DNA from: Nymphaea colorata | Lineage: Eukaryota | Assembly (NCBI RefSeq): GCF_008831285.2 | Contig: NC_045138.2 | Coordinates: 11,532,001-11,596,000, forward strand | Reading direction: 5' to 3' | Length of the DNA: 64,000 nucleotides | Shown: piece after piece, positions 1 through 10,834 of the stretch | Layout: the number at the start of each line of letters is the position of its first letter | How positions within the stretch are numbered: the stretch's first letter is position 1 | Made by a program: the position numbers and the translations under genes | The notes under the pieces: generated by a model | What the model saw: only the letters and a program-made list of their open reading frames with translations | The model's database searches: none | What the model was told of the DNA's origin: nothing

Positions 1-90
1 GTATTTGTTCCCATAGGTATCATAAGAAAAAAGTTTTAAGAAGCCATGTTAAATGTTTCTCCTTAGTAGGGCTTATAGAGGCAACTTGAC

Positions 91-200
91 CTCAGCCCAT
101 TGGAAGTATCCACAAGTTTTGCCATACTCTACTGGGAATTTGTACATCGAGAGGTGTGATGTACATTTCGAGGAGCAAAGTTGAGACTACAATTCCACCT
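91..200 (-). pseudogene. Degenerate GRF-type zinc-finger coding remnant
   Basis: Minus-strand frame reads ...SMYKFPVEYGKTCGYFQWAE, resembling the GRF finger C-terminal motif FYxCP...CxFFxWxD; in-frame stop upstream, no intact ORF. Confidence 0.35.
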
Positions 201-1417
201 TGTTTGATAAACAATTCTAAGAAGACTTGAAGCCCGAGGGGGTATTTGATGAACCATTGAAACTGCAACACAAACAAATCAAGTAATTACCAAACTGGAA
301 CTACAAAAATCCACTATTGACAGTTGTAAACACATTAACAGCTCTAACATACAGTTAATAGCATAATGGACAAGTCAAATTAGAACCGAACCATCATTCA
401 CATAAATTGTACTGTAAGATGAGGCAACAGACATATCTCATTCACAGTTACATGAATCATGTACATGCAAACATCAAGAAGCTGGCCACCTAATGGCAGT
501 TCTTGGTAGCACTAACAATAAATAACACCATTAGGCTGCAACACACAATTCAAATAAAACGTCGCAGAAGAGTAAAAAATGCCTTTACCGGATCATTAGC
601 TCTACTTACTGTATGAAATATTAGTGTAGAACAAAACCAAAAAAGGGTAAGAGGAGGATATATATATATACGTGTTCAATTGTCATGCGTCATTAACATC
701 ACAAAGCACATGACTCCAACTGCCCAACATCTTTGACTATTTTCAAAAACTGAGCCCCTATACTAGAAGAAAAGATTAGAGCGTGGAGAAAGTTCAATTG
801 ACTATTGAAATGGATCAACACCGAGTGGCACACATCATGAACAAAAATCATTTCCCCCAAAACAAAGTGGTAAGAGCTTCATCACTCTGAAATAACCTTC
901 AAGCATCAGCAAACTCAAAAAGTTGAACAAAAATTAGATGGAATATTGTCCATACCACCAAAACAACGACTAAAGACATGAGAAACATAGTGGGTACATG
1001 AATATATCTTGTAAAAAACAACTCACTACAACAAAACCCATGTTCATCGACATCACTGTGGTTGTGGCATGTGTGAAAAATAACGTTGCCAAAGCAAGCT
1101 CCGATGGTAAGACTCACCAGCATGCACGTAAAGGGGTTGGCATGAGCTGTTTCACAATCAACAACACATCCCCAATTTTTGGTAGTGGTAATGGGCATCG
1201 ATGCTTATCATGGAGGTATATAATGATTCGATTTTGCATTGCTAGTGTCAAATACCTATTTCCAACTGTTGGCCCTATTGAAAAATCATCGATGGTTTAG
1301 GCATGTGTTGATGGTGGAGAAAAGTGTGGAGGGTCAGATTTCATCTGATGAAAATGGTGACTACCATATCCCACCTCTCAACTTAGTATATAGGTAGGGC
1401 AGCTAGATCAACTATTT

Positions 1418-1440
1418 CTTCTCTCTCCCTCTCCCTCTCC

Positions 1441-1487
<47 letters not shown>
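1418..1487. repeat. Compound (CT)n/(TA)n microsatellite
   Basis: Directly visible ctctct...tatata run. Confidence 0.9.
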
Positions 1488-1874
1488 TTCTTCTCCCTAT
1501 GAGTAACACAGAGACAAGACTGTGTGTGTGACATAGATTTGCATCTACATCACATTTTCTCCTTGTTGTTTTGTGGTGCACTTGTCTAGTTTGTTCATCC
1601 AATCCAAGGAAAGGTAAGCCCCTTATATTATTATTCTTCTTATTCTTGTGTGTAAAAAAGTGTTCTCGTTCCTTGATTTACAACTAAAAGATGTTCTCCT
1701 ATTGAAGGTAGAAGCACATTGTGATGTTCTTTATGCATTTATTGACATGTTTGAGTTTTTTTTCTGAGTGATATTCTTTTGCACTATGCAGATTAACATT
1801 AATTCAAACACAAGGATTTTTTTCATTATTCACTACTTGAATGAATGGCTTGTACATGGGTACATTTTTGCTGA

Positions 1875-2210
1875 AGTTTGGGATTATACTAGAAGAGAAT
1901 GAGCTTTCTGCACTTCTACTGGGAAGCTCTAAAGTTGCAAGAGGAGACAAGGTTTACTCAATTTTACATAGACTGAGAAGTACAATGAGGGTGTTTTCTA
2001 ACTCCACAGCAGAGATCATAGAGATGTGGTTTTGCATCAAGGCAGCTGCCAAGGTGAGGGTGGAAATATGGCTTTACATGAATGCTGAAGTAAGTGTACA
2101 TGGCAGTTAACTGAATTTGATCTTGTCAAGATGTTTATTTGAGTTTTTGACATTAATGGTAGAGAAATACACAACTAGTTTTGTACGGAGTTCACTACCA
2201 TTGCATTAGG
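1875..2210 (+). pseudogene. PRORP: Isolated, decayed fragment of a proteinaceous RNase P (PRORP) gene
   Basis: ORF 1841-2110 segment GIILEENELSALLLGSSKVARGDKVYSILHRLRSTMRVFSNSTAEIIEMWF...AAKV matches the recalled PRORP PPR-end motif (PEEPELxALLxVS...DKVYxxLHxLRxxVRxVSxSTxxxIExWF). Downstream DINGREIHN*F..TTIAL resembles DINPxETExFAxSLxxLA. No other PRORP exons recognised in the window. Confidence 0.65.
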
Positions 2211-3108
2211 AATTTAATTCATCTGTAGATGATGTGAGTACCTAAATGATTTTTATTCTAATAATGGCTTTCATTTTTTTATTTGTAGACTTTGTGTTGT
2301 ATTTTTAAAATTAGACTATTTTAATATCCATTAGTGCATTCAAATATGCATTTGAAGGTTTACATTTAAATACCTAGCAATATTGGGCATAAGTTTATCA
2401 TTTGATTTGGTTACAACTGGTAAAGGTACCATAAATGACCAAACCTCACAAAAACAGGTCGGGTCACCTCCTACATTCTTCGGTTTGCATTTATCGAACA
2501 GAGGTGAGTTCATTCCTCACAAAACACCTATTTTTTAGCAATAAAAAAAAATATGGATAAACAGTTGACCATTTATGGCACCTTTACTAGGAGTCACCAA
2601 TCCAACGTCTAAACTAGATCATTTAGTGCCTAAAAAGAGATCCATATGTTCCTATATTTTGAAAATGAATTGGCTTCCAAAAGGCAAAGTACCCTCAAGG
2701 CATTGTCAAGGAAATCGATCAAAATGCTGTCAACATCATCTAATCCATGACATTGAACCTATGGCTACGTGAAGCACGAAATGCATTTTTGAAAACTGAT
2801 CGGGGAAAATATGTTAAAATCTTATTTAAGAATTGGATTTGAAGACAAATTTGAAATCAATTTTTGAAACTAGACTTTGAAAATCATGATGCTATTTGAA
2901 AGTAGATCTTAGTAGATGCCAAATAGTTTGACATTCTCCATGCAGGAATATCTAGATAACTACAAGGATGGTGCTGAACACACTTGATTTCTAAAGGATA
3001 GTGCATGTGTGTGAGAACACGTGTTAAACTAACATATGAAAAATTAAAATAACATGCATGTTAATGTTGATAAACCATTACACGTATGTAAACATAAAAG
3101 AAAAAAAC

Positions 3109-3361
3109 TGTTGAAGTATGTTATACGGGTCTCGGGACCGGGTTTGAATCCATATCCGATCCATCTTGTAGCCCTTGTTGGGCATTACTTAAGTCGTGTA
3201 ACCCTAATCCTTATTGTTAATGAAATCTTAAGAGAGAGAGAGTCTGGCGGCTAGTGGGCAACCAGCTCCTCCTCATCCGTGGTTTTTTTTCTTTTGTTGA
3301 GGGTTTTTCCACGTTACATCGTGTTCCTCGTATTCTCTTTCTCTGTGCACGTGTTTCTACA
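3109..3361 (+). repeat. copia-1 5' LTR
   Basis: TGTTGAAG...TTCTACA, direct repeat of 7250-7502, followed immediately by the PBS. Confidence 0.95.
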
Positions 3362-3960
3362 TGGTATCAGAGCCCACGAGATTGGGACTTTTATGGTGAT
3401 CGTGGAGTTTTCTTCACCCGCCGCCGCTGCTATCACCGTCGTCGTTTCCGCCGCCACCGCCGTGTCCGACGCCGTTACCTTTCTGCTGCATCGTCTGACG
3501 ATGCTGCTGACACCGCCGCCGGCTCCGCCACCGGCGTCACCGCCCTTGCTGCCGCGCCATCGCTCTTGCTGCCGTGCCGTCGACCTGCTCCCTGACGTCG
3601 CGCCTTGCTCTCTGTCGTCGTTCTTTGCGCCGTCGCCTTTTGGGTCGGCCCTACTCTAGTGGTGCCCTCCATTGCTGCCGCCCCCCTTCCTCCCTGCCGT
3701 CGCCCTCTGCGCCGTCGATATCAGCGCCCGACCTGCTCCGCCTGACCAGCAACGTCTTCCGCCACCTGACCTGCTTCCTGGTGTTGCCTTTCCGTCTAGT
3801 GCTGCCTCTATCCCTGCATCATTGTTCTCCTGCGGGATCTGCTACAGAGTTCCAGCACCTCTGCTTACGCCAGTTGCTACGTGCTCCCCATTGCCGCGGC
3901 TGCCCTTTGTCACTGCAAGAGAAATTTGGGTGTTCGATCGACGTGATGGTGGATTCCCCT

Positions 3961-6900
3961 ATGGGAGAGTGGATCATCGACAGTGGCGCTACTCACCACA
4001 TGACCGACGATCATAAAGTCTTTCATGGGTATAAGCTTTCGTCAGGGAAGGAACGTGTTTCTCTTGCTGATGGTTCCTCTATCTCTATGGTTGGGAAAGG
4101 GAGTCTCCCACTTTTGAACAAGTTCTTTGTCTACAATGTTCTACATGTTCCCCATCTTCCCTTGAACCTCTTGTCGGTTAGCAAGATTACGAAAGAGTTG
4201 AATTGCGAACTAATTTTTTCTGTTGATCGCTGTGTTATGCAGAACTTGGTGACAGGGAAGAGGATTGGGATTGGTCTGACTTCTGACGGGCTATATCGCT
4301 TACCTATGCGTACTGCTCAGGCTCTCATGACGGCAGTCAGTCAAGCAACGAAGAACAGAGAGGAGTCCCTTTAATTGCTTCTACGGTGGCATGAGCGCCT
4401 TGGACACATGCCTTTTGGAATTCTTAGACAGTTGTTTCCTGATTTATGTTCTAGGTTAGATATGACTATGGTGTCCTGTGATGTCTGTCACCTGGCCAAA
4501 CATGTTAGGGCTTCATATCCTTTGTCTAGTTATCGGTCTAATGAGGTATTTGTCATGATTCATTCTGATGTGTGGGGGCCGTCAGGGATTCCTTCTTATC
4601 ATGGTTTTCAGCATTTTATCACCTTTATAGATGATTGTTCTCGTAACACTATTGTCTACTTGTTGAAAGACTGTAGTGAAGTTCCTACTGCCATAGAGAC
4701 TTTCATTGCTTATGTAGAAACTCAATATGGAGCATCTGTTAAGACCTTTCGATCTGACAATGCTCGTGAGTATATGTGTCAGTTTGTTGATAACTTCTTT
4801 CGAAAAAAGGGAATTGTTCATGAGACTTCATGTAGTTATACTCCTCCTCAAAATGGAGTTGTTGAACGAAAGAATCGTCAGTTATCGAATATGACTCTAG
4901 CTCTTCTTTTTCAACGTCATGTTCCAAAAAGGTATTGGGGGATGCTGTGTTGACCAGTGCGTATCTTATAAACTGTTTGCCTAGTCGTGTATTGAATGGG
5001 CGGATGTCTCACTCTATGTTACCGGGGAGTCGTGAACATTTCTCTCTTCCACCAAGAGTCTTTGGCTGTGTTTGCTTTATTCACAGTCATAATCCTCACA
5101 TTAAAAAGCTTGATCCAAGGTCTATTAAGGTTGTATTTCTAGGTTATTCTCCCACTCAAAAAGGGTATAGTGTCGGGACCCTTCCACTGGTCGTGCCTAT
5201 GTTACCAAAGATGTCACTTTCATTGATCATGCTTCCTATTTTGGTGAGAATCTTCTTCAGGGGGAGAATTCTATGTCAAAGGAAGAGTATTCTTCAAGTC
5301 AGGAAATTTTGTTTACAGATTTTTTAGACTACAGGCGTGAATCCATTGGTCCTTCTATTGAGGTGCTTGAACAAGAGAAAAATGGAGAGTGTTCTACTGG
5401 GGCAGGAGAGGAATGCAATCGTCTGTTTGGGCAAGTTTACTCTAGGCGAAGAGTTTGTACTGAGGAGATGACAGGTGGTGAGAATTCTACTCCCAATCCA
5501 GTTAGTCCTTCCTTGGATGACCCAAGTCGTGCTCAGAAGCAACCTGTTGAAGAAGAGATTCAGACTGTTATTGCAAGTGAAGAGCTTCCCATCGCCCTGC
5601 GAAAGGGTGTCAGGTCATGTACTCAACATCCTATTGGTAATTTTGTTTCATATTCTAGACTGAGCAAGAACTACAAATGTTTTGTATCTTCTCTTTCTTT
5701 GGCTATGATTCCCAGGAATGTTGCTGAGGCTCGAAGTGATCCCAAGTGGACTTATGCAATGCAAGAAGAGATGGAAGCCCTGAGAAGAACCATGACATGG
5801 GAAGTTATAAAGATTCCTAAGGCGGCTCACTTGGTTGGATCTAAGTGGGTCTACACCATCAAGTACAAACCAGATGGAAGTGTTGAAAGATACAAAGCTC
5901 GTCTTGTGGCCCAGGGGTTTAGTCAGAAATATGGGATTGATTATTTGGAGACCTTTGCTCCTGTTGCGAAGATGAAGACTATCAGAGTCATTATCTCCTT
6001 AGTTGTGATGAAGGAGTGGAAGATGTACCAACTTGATGTCAAGAAGGCATTTCTCAATGGAGACCTTGAAGAGGAAGTATATATGTGTATGCCTCCAGGA
6101 TATGAGGAACCTGGAAAATGTTGCAAGTTAAGGAAAGCTTTATATGAGCTCAAGCAATCTCCTCGAGCATGGTTTGAACGACTTAGACTTGTCATGAGAC
6201 AATGTGGATACCTTCAAGGGAATGGAGATCATACACTCTTTGTGAAGAGAAATAAACAAAAGGTTACTATTTTGTTGGTATATGTTGATGATATGATTGT
6301 CACAGGTGATGATGAAGATGAAATAATTAAGTTAAAGAAACTGTTGGCGATCGAGTTTGATCTCAAGGACCTTGGTAAGTTGAAATATTTTCTTGGCATT
6401 GAAATTGCTAGGTCTGGGACTAGCCTCGTGCTAAATCAACGGAAGTACACCCTAGATTTGTTAAAAGAGACTGGGAAATTAGGGTGTAGAACAGCTTCTA
6501 CTCCTCTATATGCTGGCCATAAGTTAAGTCTTAGAGATGGGGAGCCTATCTGTGAAGAGGCCAAAAGAAGATATCAATGTCTTGTAGGGAAGTTGATTTA
6601 TCTTACTCTCACTAGGCCTGATATTACCTTTGCTGTGAATGTGATGAGTCAGTTCATGCATGCTTCCACGGATGCCCACTTGAAGGCTGTTGACAGGATC
6701 TTGTGCTACTTGAAGAGAAATCCTGACAAAGGTCTTTTATATGTCAAGCAAGACACTCTTGGGATTGAAGGTTATTCAAATGCAGACTGGGCAGGCTGTA
6801 TTGACACTAGGAGGTCCACCTCTGGCTATTGTATCTATTTGGGAGGGAATCTCATAGTGTGGAGAAGTAGAAGGCAAGATGTGTGTTCTCGTTTCAGTGC

Positions 6901-7255
6901 TGAAGCAGAATACAGAGCAGTGGCTATGGGAGTTTCAAAGCTTTTGTGGCCAAAAGTATTGTTGATGGATATTGGTATAAAGGTTGAAGAACCAATGAAG
7001 ATGTATTGCAATAACAAGTCTGCAATCAACTTGGCCAACAACCCTGTGCTTCATGACAGAACAAAGCATGTTGAGATTGACCGACATTTCATTCGAGAGA
7101 GAATTAATGCTAAAGAACTTGTACTTCCTTACATGAGATCTGAAGACCAAACAGCTGATGTTCTGACGAAAGCTCTATCTTCAACTTCATTCGAGAGACA
7201 TGTATCCAAGTTGGGCATGTTTTATATGTATGTCCAACTTGAGGGGGAGTGTTGA
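3961..7255 (+). pseudogene. copia-1 pol (protease, GAG-pre-integrase, integrase, RT, RNase H), interrupted
   Basis: WIIDSGATHHMT (protease), WHERLGH, HSDVWGP/FIDD/RSDN/PQNGVVERKNR (integrase), YKARLVAQGFSQ/QLDVK/YVDD (RT), ADWAG/HVEIDRHFIRE (RNase H). Stop at 4372-4374 and frameshifts near 4935 and 5170; the RT-RH part is open for 660 aa (5273-7255). Confidence 0.93.
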
Positions 7256-7502
7256 AGTATGTTAGACGGGTCTCGGGACCGGGTCCGAATCCATACCCGA
7301 TCCATCTTGTAGTCCTTGTTGGGCATTACTTAAGTCGTGTAACCCTAATCCTTATGGTTAATGAAATCTTAAGAGAGAGGGAGTCTGGCGGCTAGTGGGC
7401 AACCAGCTCCTCCTCATCCATGGTTTTTTTCCTCTTGTTGAGGGTTTTTCTACGTTACATCGTGTTTCTCATATTCTCTTTCTCTGTGCACGTGTTTCTA
7501 CA
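7250..7502 (+). repeat. copia-1 3' LTR
   Basis: Preceded by the PPT, ends in CA, followed by TSD AAAAC. Confidence 0.95.
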
Positions 7503-10414
7503 AAAACTATGCACAATGTGAATCCTAAGCTAGAACTTGAAGTTTAAATGTCTCATTGTAATACATTTTGATTACATTGCTACCTTACTTGAAAGATGAT
7601 GAATACATGAAAAGTAAAGTAGAATGTCCCTGCAAATGTATAAAGAAATATTTGGCATAAGTTCATTCTTTGGTTTAGCCTATTTCAAGATCCAAATGTA
7701 CATTCATATAGGCATTCTAAGGTTTACATCTAAATACCTACCAATATTGGGCATAAGTTCATTTGCTGAGTTGGTTATGACTGATAAAGGCGATACGAAT
7801 GGTCAAACCTCGTACCAACATGTCTGATCTCATCTTACATTCTTGGGTCCCACATTTAAAACAGAGGCAAGCTCCTTCCTCTCAAAACACCTATATTTTT
7901 AATGATAAAAAAAAAAACCATGTATAAACAATTGATCATTCCTAACACCTTTACTAGAAGTAACCAATCTAACATCTATACTATATCGTTTCGTGCCTAA
8001 AATGCCTAAGTTTTATGTGTCAAACCTAATGAACAATGCGGATGAGAAATTCATACTTTCTTATATTTTGACAAGGAATTGGTTTTTTAAAAGCTAAAGG
8101 ACCCTCACTATCTTGTCAATAGAATAGACCAAAACACCCTCATTCTCATCTGATCCATGGCATAAAACCTATGGCTACATGATGCATGAAATGCATTTTT
8201 GAAAAACAATTAGGAAAATAAGCTGAAATACTTATTCACGAATTGGATTTGAAAACAAACTTCAAATCAATTTTGAAAGTAGATTTTACAAATCATGATG
8301 CCATTTGAAAGTGTACCTTAGGACATGCCAAGTACTTTGACCTTCTCCTTGCATGAATATCTAGATAACTACAAGGATGGTGTTGAACCTACTTGATTTC
8401 TTAAAGGGAACTGCATGTGTATAAGAATGCTTGTGTTAATCTAAAACTTGAAAAATTAAAATAACATGTATGTTGATGGCTAATAAACCATTCCACACAT
8501 GCAAATGTGAAAAAAAAATGACATGCCATGCAAGTGCTAACCTAAAACCTAAAATTTAAATGTTTCATTGTAACACATCATTGATTACATCCTTATATTA
8601 CTTGGAAGATGATGAATACATGAAAAATAAAGTAGAATGGCCCTGAAAACATAAAAGCAAGCAAAGGATGTTGATGTACACAACTTAAGGTGGATCTGCA
8701 AACAATGAATTGCCAAGTGGTGACCTCACCCATGACACAATTTTTTCCTACTACCATATGCACTCCATGAAAAAATACAGGGCATACAAACATAGAATAC
8801 CAACCTAATTGCTATATACAATGTTGTTAAACGTAATAAGGCAAAGCAAAGTGCCAAGCTTGTGAAGTGATCTAAGCCTCGAGAGGCAAAGCAAAGCATA
8901 AGCTTCAGGGTAAAAATATAAATTAGACAAAAAAGTGAAAAACATGCCATAAATGAACACAAAAATTAAATTCTTAAGCTGATTAAAACCCAACTAATGG
9001 CATGAAAGGCGTTGTATCACCAACCTAAATAGCGCCATAAGGAAACCTCTGGCGAGCTATCTCTTAGTGCCAGAAACACCTCTTTCGAACCATTCCCTAT
9101 TTATTTTTGTGTCACCTCTCTTCCCATTTGTGCAACCTCAATCAGCAGTTTGATCGAGCGACCTCCCTCTACTGCCCGATGAATAAAAGATCTTTTTAAA
9201 GTAAATCATGACTTAACTTGCCAGTGATGGTGTTTGTCACAACTGATCATCAAACATCAGTGAGTGTCCCTCTCTCTTTCCTCCCTTCTTCTTCTTCCTC
9301 CTTTGTTTTGACCATGAAAAATGTTTTCAGTTTGATTTGGTAATGATATTTGTATGACTTTTAGGGCATTTTCTTTTCAGTTTGGTTGAGAAATTGGATA
9401 TGCAATTTTTAGGGCATTCTGATTTACTGGTTTAGTCAATGAACATTTTAAGCAAAAGAAGAAAGATGACGTATTCACTGGGCAATAGAAACATAATGAC
9501 TTTCAAAAGAAGCTATGACTAGGTTAGAAGGCATGGAATTACAATGTGTATGTAATACCTAAATGATAGAGAACTTTTACTTGTTGTTTTTCCTGGTTCT
9601 TGTTTTATAAGTTTCTCTTGTCCTTTTCTTCCTATAATTATGTGGTTGTGGGAGTAGAAATTGGTTCATCCTATTTTGTAGCTTGTGAATGTGAAACCAC
9701 ACATTCATCAGTGGGTGTATTATCAACGGGTATACCAACAAACCTCAAGGGCAGGTAGGCTTGCATATATGGGTGGCAACTGCACATCTTAACTTTTGTC
9801 TAAGATATGAGATTTATAGTTTGATGAATCTTGAAGCAACACAATTGAAGCCATGTTTTCCAACTATTTTCCAAAGTAACCCATTGTTTTCAGTTGTTAT
9901 CTTTAACATGGTTTCCAAGGGACTTACTTTTTCCTCTTTAATTTTATTTTTTCTTTTTGGTTCTTCACTTTTTATTTTGTACTACCTCCCCCATTTCATT
10001 GTCTATGATACTAATGTAAAATTTTTCATATATTTTTCTTCCTTGAGTTAGCTTCATGTATTCAGATTCCATTTTGTCATTTACTTGTTAGGTACAATTT
10101 AATCCATAATAAAAAGTCCCATGACTCCTTGCCAAAAGTTGCCAAGAACACATGCATGTAACTGCAATTTTCTAGTAAGTTGACTCTTGTTTTGACAATG
10201 ACTATAAAAACTATTCTTTTGATCATAAAAAAACTAATACATGACTCTCACAAATGAATAACGGTAGGTTAGGGATTTATAGGTCAATTAATGTGCTAGC
10301 AATCTAGTGTATTACATAAGTTAAATTTATACATGGCTACCTTGATTAAAAAGAAAACAAAAATATTTCTTTTTTGCTTTTTTGTGAAATTGCTTGTGTT
10401 TTTTTGTTGTAGGT

Positions 10415-10469
10415 TGATAGAAATCTAGCACCAATATCTATAACCAGAAAACAGTACTCACACAAGAAG

Positions 10470-10508
<39 letters not shown>

Positions 10509-10822
10509 ATGAAAACAAGAAGAAGCTGAGGGAAGAAGCCGTAGCCAAAATGGTTTGCACGACCTCTATTTATAATCTCATTTCCAGAATTCTAAAAGTC
10601 TCCAATCGTAGAATCCTATGAGATTTCACAAGCTCTAAGGACATTAATTACATCATAGAAACCTAAGAGACTTCATACATTACAAGGATATTAACTACAA
10701 CATAGAATCATAGGAGACTTCACATATTACAAGGATATTAAATATCTTAACACATTCTACAAGGAGGTGGAATCCTAAGAGACTCATCTTCAACGTGCTG
10801 GTGAAAGATTTATATTTTAACA
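10415..10822 (-). repeat. copia-2 3' LTR
   Basis: 408-bp direct repeat of 15345-15750, adjacent to the PPT. Confidence 0.95.
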
Positions 10823-10834
10823 CTCTCCCTCAAG

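Larger units (their letters stand above)
3109..7502 (+). mobile_element. Ty1/copia LTR retrotransposon (copia-1), both LTRs present, gag missing, pol disabled
   Basis: 253-bp TG...CA LTRs at 3109-3361 and 7250-7502 (about 13 differences by eye); TSD AAAAC at 3104-3108 and 7503-7507; tRNA-iMet PBS TGGTATCAGAGCC 3362-3374; PPT GAGGGGGAG 7241-7249; domain order PR-INT-RT-RH. Confidence 0.97.
2337..8648 (+). repeat. Diverged tandem duplication of a ~0.9-kb non-coding unit (copy A 2337-3108 + 7508-7635, split by copia-1; copy B ~7700-8648)
   Basis: Shared blocks in the same order in both copies: aatattgggcataagtt, aaatgcatttttgaaaa, gaattggatttgaa, aatatctagataactacaaggatggtg, gatgatgaatacatgaaaa..aaagtagaatg. 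Confidence 0.85.

Noticed and set aside
3254..4016. Overlapping Arg/Pro/Ala-rich ORFs in several frames
   Set aside because: By-product of the GC-rich, stop-poor copia-1 leader; no recognisable domain.
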